Below are positions 37,069 through 45,988 of a stretch of DNA of 64,000 nucleotides, one piece after another; position 1 is the stretch's first letter; each line of letters begins with the position of its first letter. The DNA is from Paraphysomonas bandaiensis (taxonomy: Eukaryota; Protista; Chrysophyceae): the NCBI GenBank assembly GCA_965644295.1, contig CBFFRP010000284.1, positions 158,766 through 222,765 on the forward strand, in the 5' to 3' direction. Both the position numbers and the translations under genes were made by a program. The notes under the pieces were generated by a model. The model had not been told where the DNA came from and ran no database searches. It saw only the letters and a list, made by a program, of their open reading frames with translations.

Positions 37069-37254
37069 ATGAATCATTTGGTGACGACTTCCAATATTAT
37101 TGAGCGATTATTTAGAAGAGCAAAGCTTATTATGAGAGACCAGCGCAAGCTAGTAGAACCCCAGCATTTGGAGCTGCTACTCTTTTTGCGTTGCAACAAA
37201 TTCCTATGGAACGAAGTTACCATTGATGATATTATAGTTCCTGATGATGTTTAA
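37069..37254 (+). pseudogene. hAT-like transposase C-terminal dimerisation-domain remnant
   Basis: TSNIIERLFRRAKLIMRDQRK..P..LELLLFLRCN..W. Confidence 0.7.
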
Positions 37255-37799
37255 GAATATTGTTCGCATTAGCTATCTGACCTGTAACATGGGAACGAAC
37301 TGCTCATCATTGCTGTTAAATAGCTAGTACTTAGTCTAATTATTAACAGTTTCCATTTACTTCTTTCTAAAGCAATGAAGCAATAGTAATCAAACCATTA
37401 ATGGCCATAAAAATGGGGGAAGCAATGCTTTATTAATGGTTATCTCTATCTTTGGATGGACCTCCATCCGCTATAGCTATAGTTTGCGCTGGAGAAGTGC
37501 CCCACTGTCGCTCGGTCAGGATTGTGTTCATAACATTGATCTCGATGCGCAGTGTAGATCTTCGTTGATTGCGAAGTGCTTGATAGTCTGTTAGAAGTGG
37601 GCTCGTACACCGGACAAGTGCTAGTGCCATAAGCCAGCTGTCAGTAGCGTTCAATGGCTATAGTATTACTTTTTAATGGATAAAGTGGATAAATTATATT
37701 TCATTATTTAAAGTATAGTATTATTAATTCAATAAAAGAAGGCTACTCGAGCAAAAGCGTGATTAATTCTCTCCACTACTCTGTTTACCCTTGCCTTTG

Positions 37800-38603
37800 T
37801 TAGTTGCCATCGAATTCTGTTGTGGCATAGATTGTCGAATCTGGAACTAAGTACTTAACGAATCCAGATAAAGTTTTGCCGTATAAGATCTTTAAATCTT
37901 CTTCAAAGCAGAATACCACATTAGGTGGCGCTTCAGATGTGGTGTTGTGATGAGCTCTTTGCTTGACAACAAATATCACCACAAACTCATATCCGGTCTT
38001 TCCAAAGCGATACCACGCTTTCTTTTTTGGAATTGGGTAGCAACCAGTGAAAATACACTGCTCCTGAACAAATTTTTTGCAATGTTGGACAGTTGTATTC
38101 ACAGTTTCAAGTGTCAGTTTCGTCGACGCGCCCTCCGCACTGAACTTATTTTGGATGAACACTGGAAGGATAAACTTTCTCCGTTTCGGTTTGCCAGAAG
38201 GAAATGCATCATAAAAAATTAGTCGATCCCACCCAGTATTATAATCATCGGTAGGAGATAGTATAAAGTTTGGCTGAGCATTCACCATGCCACCTTTGTG
38301 GTATTGTTGTAGAGTTAATTCTGCAGATGCATCCACGGGACACGACACGACATTTTCGGATGCTCGCTCCATATTATTATAAGCTCGCTGCGCAACACAA
38401 TAAACCTCACGGAGCGGAATCTGTTGATAGTCTTTATCCGGTCGGGCATGCCGTATCAACTGCTCCCAACTGCAGTGCAAATTCTCAAATCTCTTGCGAG
38501 TAAATTTTCCGCGCAGGTCCAGTATCTGTCGAAGCAGACGACTCAAATCTCGACTGACGGTTTTTGATTGCGCCCAGGCATGCAAAAATAACTCAGGGCA
38601 CAT
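37800..38603 (-). CDS. Standalone PD-(D/E)xK nuclease-like domain copy (267 aa)
   Basis: Identical to the C-terminal 267 aa of 43151-45139 except I->V; GWD...FIQNK motif. Confidence 0.55.
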   Translation of the reverse strand: MCPELFLHAWAQSKTVSRDLSRLLRQILDLRGKFTRKRFENLHCSWEQLIRHARPDKDYQQIPLREVYCVAQRAYNNMERASENVVSCPVDASAELTLQQYHKGGMVNAQPNFILSPTDDYNTGWDRLIFYDAFPSGKPKRRKFILPVFIQNKFSAEGASTKLTLETVNTTVQHCKKFVQEQCIFTGCYPIPKKKAWYRFGKTGYEFVVIFVVKQRAHHNTTSEAPPNVVFCFEEDLKILYGKTLSGFVKYLVPDSTIYATTEFDGN

Positions 38604-38691
38604 AGTATAGTATTATTAATTCAATAAAAGAAGGCTACTCGAGCAAAAGCGTGATTAATTCTCTCCACTACTCTGTTTACCCTTGCCTTTG

Positions 38692-39495
38692 TTAGTTGCC
38701 ATCGAATTCTGTTGTGGCATAGATTGTCGAATCTGGAACTAAGTACTTAACGAATCCAGATAAAGTTTTGCCGTATAAGATCTTTAAATCTTCTTCAAAG
38801 CAGAATACCACATTAGGTGGCGCTTCAGATGTGGTGTTGTGATGAGCTCTTTGCTTGACAACAAATATCACCACAAACTCATATCCGGTCTTTCCAAAGC
38901 GATACCACGCTTTCTTTTTTGGAATTGGGTAGCAACCAGTGAAAATACACTGCTCCTGAACAAATTTTTTGCAATGTTGGACAGTTGTATTCACAGTTTC
39001 AAGTGTCAGTTTCGTCGACGCGCCCTCCGCACTGAACTTATTTTGGATGAACACTGGAAGGATAAACTTTCTCCGTTTCGGTTTGCCAGAAGGAAATGCA
39101 TCATAAAAAATTAGTCGATCCCACCCAGTATTATAATCATCGGTAGGAGATAGTATAAAGTTTGGCTGAGCATTCACCATGCCACCTTTGTGGTATTGTT
39201 GTAGAGTTAATTCTGCAGATGCATCCACGGGACACGACACGACATTTTCGGATGCTCGCTCCATATTATTATAAGCTCGCTGCGCAACACAATAAACCTC
39301 ACGGAGCGGAATCTGTTGATAGTCTTTATCCGGTCGGGCATGCCGTATCAACTGCTCCCAACTGCAGTGCAAATTCTCAAATCTCTTGCGAGTAAATTTT
39401 CCGCGCAGGTCCAGTATCTGTCGAAGCAGACGACTCAAATCTCGACTGACGGTTTTTGATTGCGCCCAGGCATGCAAAAATAACTCAGGGCACAT
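38692..39495 (-). CDS. Standalone nuclease-like domain copy (267 aa)
   Basis: Identical tandem unit. Confidence 0.55.
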   Translation of the reverse strand: MCPELFLHAWAQSKTVSRDLSRLLRQILDLRGKFTRKRFENLHCSWEQLIRHARPDKDYQQIPLREVYCVAQRAYNNMERASENVVSCPVDASAELTLQQYHKGGMVNAQPNFILSPTDDYNTGWDRLIFYDAFPSGKPKRRKFILPVFIQNKFSAEGASTKLTLETVNTTVQHCKKFVQEQCIFTGCYPIPKKKAWYRFGKTGYEFVVIFVVKQRAHHNTTSEAPPNVVFCFEEDLKILYGKTLSGFVKYLVPDSTIYATTEFDGN

Positions 39496-39583
39496 AGTAT
39501 AGTATTATTAATTCAATAAAAGAAGGCTACTCGAGCAAAAGCGTGATTAATTCTCTCCACTACTCTGTTTACCCTTGCCTTTG

Positions 39584-40386
39584 TTAGTTGCCATCGAATT
39601 CTGTTGTGGCATAGATTGTCGAATCTGGAACTAAGTACTTAACGAATCCAGATAAAGTTTTGCCGTATAAGATCTTTAAATCTTCTTCAAAGCAGAATAC
39701 CACATTAGGTGGCGCTTCAGATGTGGTGTTGTGATGAGCTCTTTGCTTGACAACAAATATCACCACAAACTCATATCCGGTCTTTCCAAAGCGATACCAC
39801 GCTTTCTTTTTGGAATTGGGTAGCAACCAGTGAAAATACACTGCTCCTGAACAAATTTTTTGCAATGTTGGACAGTTGTATTCACAGTTTCAAGTGTCAG
39901 TTTCGTCGACGCGCCCTCCGCACTGAACTTATTTTGGATGAACACTGGAAGGATAAACTTTCTCCGTTTCGGTTTGCCAGAAGGAAATGCATCATAAAAA
40001 ATTAGTCGATCCCACCCAGTATTATAATCATCGGTAGGAGATAGTATAAAGTTTGGCTGAGCATTCACCATGCCACCTTTGTGGTATTGTTGTAGAGTTA
40101 ATTCTGCAGATGCATCCACGGGACACGACACGACATTTTCGGATGCTCGCTCCATATTATTATAAGCTCGCTGCGCAACACAATAAACCTCACGGAGCGG
40201 AATCTGTTGATAGTCTTTATCCGGTCGGGCATGCCGTATCAACTGCTCCCAACTGCAGTGCAAATTCTCAAATCTCTTGCGAGTAAATTTTCCGCGCAGG
40301 TCCAGTATCTGTCGAAGCAGACGACTCAAATCTCGACTGACGGTTTTTGATTGCGCCCAGGCATGCAAAAATAACTCAGGGCACAT
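39584..40386 (-). pseudogene. Nuclease-like domain copy with a 1-nt frameshift in a T homopolymer (possible sequencing error)
   Basis: 5 T instead of 6 at ~39807-39811 splits it into 208-aa and 93-aa ORFs. Confidence 0.6.
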
Positions 40387-40474
40387 AGTATAGTATTATT
40401 AATTCAATAAAAGAAGGCTACTCGAGCAAAAGCGTGATTAATTCTCTCCACTACTCTGTTTACCCTTGCCTTTG

Positions 40475-41278
40475 TTAGTTGCCATCGAATTCTGTTGTGG
40501 CATAGATTGTCGAATCTGGAACTAAGTACTTAACGAATCCAGATAAAGTTTTGCCGTATAAGATCTTTAAATCTTCTTCAAAGCAGAATACCACATTAGG
40601 TGGCGCTTCAGATGTGGTGTTGTGATGAGCTCTTTGCTTGACAACAAATATCACCACAAACTCATATCCGGTCTTTCCAAAGCGATACCACGCTTTCTTT
40701 TTTGGAATTGGGTAGCAACCAGTGAAAATACACTGCTCCTGAACAAATTTTTTGCAATGTTGGACAGTTGTATTCACAGTTTCAAGTGTCAGTTTCGTCG
40801 ACGCGCCCTCCGCACTGAACTTATTTTGGATGAACACTGGAAGGATAAACTTTCTCCGTTTCGGTTTGCCAGAAGGAAATGCATCATAAAAAATTAGTCG
40901 ATCCCACCCAGTATTATAATCATCGGTAGGAGATAGTATAAAGTTTGGCTGAGCATTCACCATGCCACCTTTGTGGTATTGTTGTAGAGTTAATTCTGCA
41001 GATGCATCCACGGGACACGACACGACATTTTCGGATGCTCGCTCCATATTATTATAAGCTCGCTGCGCAACACAATAAACCTCACGGAGCGGAATCTGTT
41101 GATAGTCTTTATCCGGTCGGGCATGCCGTATCAACTGCTCCCAACTGCAGTGCAAATTCTCAAATCTCTTGCGAGTAAATTTTCCGCGCAGGTCCAGTAT
41201 CTGTCGAAGCAGACGACTCAAATCTCGACTGACGGTTTTTGATTGCGCCCAGGCATGCAAAAATAACTCAGGGCACAT
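40475..41278 (-). CDS. Standalone nuclease-like domain copy (267 aa)
   Basis: Identical tandem unit. Confidence 0.55.
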   Translation of the reverse strand: MCPELFLHAWAQSKTVSRDLSRLLRQILDLRGKFTRKRFENLHCSWEQLIRHARPDKDYQQIPLREVYCVAQRAYNNMERASENVVSCPVDASAELTLQQYHKGGMVNAQPNFILSPTDDYNTGWDRLIFYDAFPSGKPKRRKFILPVFIQNKFSAEGASTKLTLETVNTTVQHCKKFVQEQCIFTGCYPIPKKKAWYRFGKTGYEFVVIFVVKQRAHHNTTSEAPPNVVFCFEEDLKILYGKTLSGFVKYLVPDSTIYATTEFDGN

Positions 41279-41366
41279 AGTATAGTATTATTAATTCAAT
41301 AAAAGAAGGCTACTCGAGCAAAAGCGTGATTAATTCTCTCCACTACTCTGTTTACCCTTGCCTTTG

Positions 41367-42170
41367 TTAGTTGCCATCGAATTCTGTTGTGGCATAGATT
41401 GTCGAATCTGGAACTAAGTACTTAACGAATCCAGATAAAGTTTTGCCGTATAAGATCTTTAAATCTTCTTCAAAGCAGAATACCACATTAGGTGGCGCTT
41501 CAGATGTGGTGTTGTGATGAGCTCTTTGCTTGACAACAAATATCACCACAAACTCATATCCGGTCTTTCCAAAGCGATACCACGCTTTCTTTTTTGGAAT
41601 TGGGTAGCAACCAGTGAAAATACACTGCTCCTGAACAAATTTTTTGCAATGTTGGACAGTTGTATTCACAGTTTCAAGTGTCAGTTTCGTCGACGCGCCC
41701 TCCGCACTGAACTTATTTTGGATGAACACTGGAAGGATAAACTTTCTCCGTTTCGGTTTGCCAGAAGGAAATGCATCATAAAAAATTAGTCGATCCCACC
41801 CAGTATTATAATCATCGGTAGGAGATAGTATAAAGTTTGGCTGAGCATTCACCATGCCACCTTTGTGGTATTGTTGTAGAGTTAATTCTGCAGATGCATC
41901 CACGGGACACGACACGACATTTTCGGATGCTCGCTCCATATTATTATAAGCTCGCTGCGCAACACAATAAACCTCACGGAGCGGAATCTGTTGATAGTCT
42001 TTATCCGGTCGGGCATGCCGTATCAACTGCTCCCAACTGCAGTGCAAATTCTCAAATCTCTTGCGAGTAAATTTTCCGCGCAGGTCCAGTATCTGTCGAA
42101 GCAGACGACTCAAATCTCGACTGACGGTTTTTGATTGCGCCCAGGCATGCAAAAATAACTCAGGGCACAT
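41367..42170 (-). CDS. Standalone nuclease-like domain copy (267 aa)
   Basis: Identical tandem unit. Confidence 0.55.
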   Translation of the reverse strand: MCPELFLHAWAQSKTVSRDLSRLLRQILDLRGKFTRKRFENLHCSWEQLIRHARPDKDYQQIPLREVYCVAQRAYNNMERASENVVSCPVDASAELTLQQYHKGGMVNAQPNFILSPTDDYNTGWDRLIFYDAFPSGKPKRRKFILPVFIQNKFSAEGASTKLTLETVNTTVQHCKKFVQEQCIFTGCYPIPKKKAWYRFGKTGYEFVVIFVVKQRAHHNTTSEAPPNVVFCFEEDLKILYGKTLSGFVKYLVPDSTIYATTEFDGN

Positions 42171-42258
42171 AGTATAGTATTATTAATTCAATAAAAGAAG
42201 GCTACTCGAGCAAAAGCGTGATTAATTCTCTCCACTACTCTGTTTACCCTTGCCTTTG

Positions 42259-43062
42259 TTAGTTGCCATCGAATTCTGTTGTGGCATAGATTGTCGAATC
42301 TGGAACTAAGTACTTAACGAATCCAGATAAAGTTTTGCCGTATAAGATCTTTAAATCTTCTTCAAAGCAGAATACCACATTAGGTGGCGCTTCAGATGTG
42401 GTGTTGTGATGAGCTCTTTGCTTGACAACAAATATCACCACAAACTCATATCCGGTCTTTCCAAAGCGATACCACGCTTTCTTTTTTGGAATTGGGTAGC
42501 AACCAGTGAAAATACACTGCTCCTGAACAAATTTTTTGCAATGTTGGACAGTTGTATTCACAGTTTCAAGTGTCAGTTTCGTCGACGCGCCCTCCGCACT
42601 GAACTTATTTTGGATGAACACTGGAAGGATAAACTTTCTCCGTTTCGGTTTGCCAGAAGGAAATGCATCATAAAAAATTAGTCGATCCCACCCAGTATTA
42701 TAATCATCGGTAGGAGATAGTATAAAGTTTGGCTGAGCATTCACCATGCCACCTTTGTGGTATTGTTGTAGAGTTAATTCTGCAGATGCATCCACGGGAC
42801 ACGACACGACATTTTCGGATGCTCGCTCCATATTATTATAAGCTCGCTGCGCAACACAATAAACCTCACGGAGCGGAATCTGTTGATAGTCTTTATCCGG
42901 TCGGGCATGCCGTATCAACTGCTCCCAACTGCAGTGCAAATTCTCAAATCTCTTGCGAGTAAATTTTCCGCGCAGGTCCAGTATCTGTCGAAGCAGACGA
43001 CTCAAATCTCGACTGACGGTTTTTGATTGCGCCCAGGCATGCAAAAATAACTCAGGGCACAT
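42259..43062 (-). CDS. Standalone nuclease-like domain copy (267 aa)
   Basis: Identical tandem unit. Confidence 0.55.
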   Translation of the reverse strand: MCPELFLHAWAQSKTVSRDLSRLLRQILDLRGKFTRKRFENLHCSWEQLIRHARPDKDYQQIPLREVYCVAQRAYNNMERASENVVSCPVDASAELTLQQYHKGGMVNAQPNFILSPTDDYNTGWDRLIFYDAFPSGKPKRRKFILPVFIQNKFSAEGASTKLTLETVNTTVQHCKKFVQEQCIFTGCYPIPKKKAWYRFGKTGYEFVVIFVVKQRAHHNTTSEAPPNVVFCFEEDLKILYGKTLSGFVKYLVPDSTIYATTEFDGN

Positions 43063-43150
43063 AGTATAGTATTATTAATTCAATAAAAGAAGGCTACTCG
43101 AGCAAAAGCGTGATTAATTCTCTCCACTACTCTGTTTACCCTTGCCTTTG

Positions 43151-45139
43151 TTAGTTGCCATCGAATTCTGTTGTGGCATAGATTGTCGAATCTGGAACTA
43201 AGTACTTAACGAATCCAGATAAAGTTTTGCCGTATAAGATCTTTAAATCTTCTTCAAAGCAGAATATCACATTAGGTGGCGCTTCAGATGTGGTGTTGTG
43301 ATGAGCTCTTTGCTTGACAACAAATATCACCACAAACTCATATCCGGTCTTTCCAAAGCGATACCACGCTTTCTTTTTTGGAATTGGGTAGCAACCAGTG
43401 AAAATACACTGCTCCTGAACAAATTTTTTGCAATGTTGGACAGTTGTATTCACAGTTTCAAGTGTCAGTTTCGTCGACGCGCCCTCCGCACTGAACTTAT
43501 TTTGGATGAACACTGGAAGGATAAACTTTCTCCGTTTCGGTTTGCCAGAAGGAAATGCATCATAAAAAATTAGTCGATCCCACCCAGTATTATAATCATC
43601 GGTAGGAGATAGTATAAAGTTTGGCTGAGCATTCACCATGCCACCTTTGTGGTATTGTTGTAGAGTTAATTCTGCAGATGCATCCACGGGACACGACACG
43701 ACATTTTCGGATGCTCGCTCCATATTATTATAAGCTCGCTGCGCAACACAATAAACCTCACGGAGCGGAATCTGTTGATAGTCTTTATCCGGTCGGGCAT
43801 GCCGTATCAACTGCTCCCAACTGCAGTGCAAATTCTCAAATCTCTTGCGAGTAAATTTTCCGCGCAGGTCCAGTATCTGTCGAAGCAGACGACTCAAATC
43901 TCGACTGACGGTTTTTGATTGCGCCCAGGCATGCAAAAATAACTCAGGGCACATAGGTACAAACTTATGTGGACCGTTACCATCCAGCGAATTCAGCAGT
44001 ACGCCGCGGTTCACCAATGACTCATACGTCTCATCCCCAACAAGGTCACTGCCACACACTTCTTTACCCAGGATTATCGCTTTCAATAAAACATCTAGAT
44101 GATCAACTTGTCGATAGGCCCCAATGAGTCGGTGCGCCGCGGAATAAATAACGTAAGACAGATCCTTTCGACCGACCTCGTTCATGATACTGTGACATAT
44201 GGAAACAACATACTCAATCGATCGCGGGTGTCCACCGCACACGTCGGCTAACTGTTTCAAGCTCTGATCACGGTCCACATCAATATCTTCTTCATCCACA
44301 AACGAGCACTGAATTGCAGTTTGGAGAATGTTTAAGGTCTGTTCAAAAGTCAGTAGCGGTAATGTACAAACTGAATTCATAGGGCGCCCGGAAGCTGTAG
44401 TTTCATTTTTCATAAACGACACATCCAATGATGAGAATACAACGACATTACAGATGTCTTTGTGTAAATCGGCCATTCCACATAGATAAGAACGACACCG
44501 ATTAGAAAACAGAATTCCATCAGATCCCTCGCCCATTGCTTGCGTTTTCTGAATTTCATCAACCAATATCACTGATAGTGAACAGCCAGATTCTGCAACC
44601 CTATCTCGCAACTTTCTACGAATTCCTTCTTTGAAACTTTCCTTTTTGTCAACAGTACTCAATCTGTCTAAAACTTTGTTGATACATTCTTCCCATGGGT
44701 GCCTCGACTGATCTACAAATTCAACATAATACAATCGAAGTAGAATGAAGAGTCCAGGGTCGTTCAAAAACACACTACTATGTGGTGCAGCCTCATCACA
44801 AGAACATCTATTGAAGTCTGCAACAAAAAAATGAATATTTGGTATATCACGACTGTACAACTGAGACAATAAGAAGGTTTTCCCCATCCCTGGTGAAGCA
44901 TGAAAGAATACGGATTCACGTTTACTTTTAATTGAAGGTTCGCCTATTAACTTTATGGTGGTCAAAATATTATGAATTTGAGTATCTCGACTTTGAGGAC
45001 AGAGACCGCAATTGTCTCCAAACGCTTCTTTTGCAGTTGGTCTCCGTTTGATTTCATGTAAGTTTAAACTCATTTCCGAAAATGATGCAGTTAGAGCGTC
45101 CAATTCAGTCAACGCTGATGTGTCTTCCCTTTCGATCAT
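43151..45139 (-). CDS. Crinkler/RHS (CR)-type P-loop NTPase + restriction-endonuclease-fold protein, no obvious header domain
   Basis: Walker A ASPGMGKT, Walker B VILVDEIQ, helical GxP motif CGGHPRSIEY; C-terminal KRFE...GWD...FIQNKFS (PD-(D/E)xK-like D...QxK). Confidence 0.8.
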   Translation of the reverse strand: MIEREDTSALTELDALTASFSEMSLNLHEIKRRPTAKEAFGDNCGLCPQSRDTQIHNILTTIKLIGEPSIKSKRESVFFHASPGMGKTFLLSQLYSRDIPNIHFFVADFNRCSCDEAAPHSSVFLNDPGLFILLRLYYVEFVDQSRHPWEECINKVLDRLSTVDKKESFKEGIRRKLRDRVAESGCSLSVILVDEIQKTQAMGEGSDGILFSNRCRSYLCGMADLHKDICNVVVFSSLDVSFMKNETTASGRPMNSVCTLPLLTFEQTLNILQTAIQCSFVDEEDIDVDRDQSLKQLADVCGGHPRSIEYVVSICHSIMNEVGRKDLSYVIYSAAHRLIGAYRQVDHLDVLLKAIILGKEVCGSDLVGDETYESLVNRGVLLNSLDGNGPHKFVPMCPELFLHAWAQSKTVSRDLSRLLRQILDLRGKFTRKRFENLHCSWEQLIRHARPDKDYQQIPLREVYCVAQRAYNNMERASENVVSCPVDASAELTLQQYHKGGMVNAQPNFILSPTDDYNTGWDRLIFYDAFPSGKPKRRKFILPVFIQNKFSAEGASTKLTLETVNTTVQHCKKFVQEQCIFTGCYPIPKKKAWYRFGKTGYEFVVIFVVKQRAHHNTTSEAPPNVIFCFEEDLKILYGKTLSGFVKYLVPDSTIYATTEFDGN

Positions 45140-45676
45140 AATAGCTCTTAATTCCTGTATACTGTCTGTATATTTATGATTGATTATAATACTATTGAGT
45201 TATCTCTATAGGGTAGACTTAACAAGGTTCCTTTACTATACTTTGATGCCTTTTGTTTTAAGTTAAACGGTTCGATCTAGTACAGTAGTGTGTGTTAGTG
45301 TGTATGATATTATAAGCATGGATGGGTGGTATTCTATCACTGTACAGAGTATTACCGTTGAGCTAAATAACGATTTGGTATAGAAGTCTTCGAATGAGTC
45401 AACGTGCTCATTCGTTTTTGTTACAATGATGCATTATGTTTTCGGTTATTGTGCATGTTTGACTCTGTAGGATACGAGTGAAGGTGTACAGAGTAGAACA
45501 TGATCAGTCGTATTATTGCTTGTGTTGTTGGTTGTTGGGAGTGTTGACACCATAATTATAACGATTTCTGAGTGTTTTTGGAATTGTACGATAATAAAAA
45601 AAAGTAATAATTTTCGCAAACGCTTCAGTTTTATAAAAAAGAGATTTCCAGTAATCATTTTCAGTGATAAATAAGG

Positions 45677-45858
45677 CATAACTTTCTCCACTTGTTCTTT
45701 TACTATCCAAATGTGAAGTGTGAGAAACTCCAATTGTATGTATGTATGTAGTACACTGTACTTCGTACGGTATTTAGAACTGAAAGCAAGTACGATCTTG
45801 TGTGTGTAGATGAGGTGTAAAATACAGTGACTACAATGTGTTCTGGTGGTGATATTGG
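45677..45858 (+). repeat. Right diverged direct repeat bracketing the accessory island (upstream region of XRN2)
   Basis: Collinear blocks shared with 34867-34974. Confidence 0.8.
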
Positions 45859-45988
45859 GTGATGTGAGTGGCCAGTGGACCCACCCAAAACATCATACAT
45901 TCAAATATCGACATCGAAGTCGAAGTCGAAGTGCTATACTCTATTATCCCATTGGCTACTGATCATTATCATTGCTCACTGATTGGAT

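Larger units (their letters stand above)
37712..43956 (-). repeat. Tandem array of seven 892-bp units (nuclease-domain 3' end of the adjacent gene plus an 88-nt spacer)
   Basis: ORF stop-end coordinates at 37800, 38692, 39584, 40475, 41367, 42259, 43151; the differences I found are one T lost near 39807-39811 and one SNP at 43267. Confidence 0.98.

Noticed and set aside
37712-43956. CRISPR-like array or diversified toxin-cassette array
   Set aside because: Units are whole identical 892-bp repeats with no variable spacers and no diversification, so only amplification is supported
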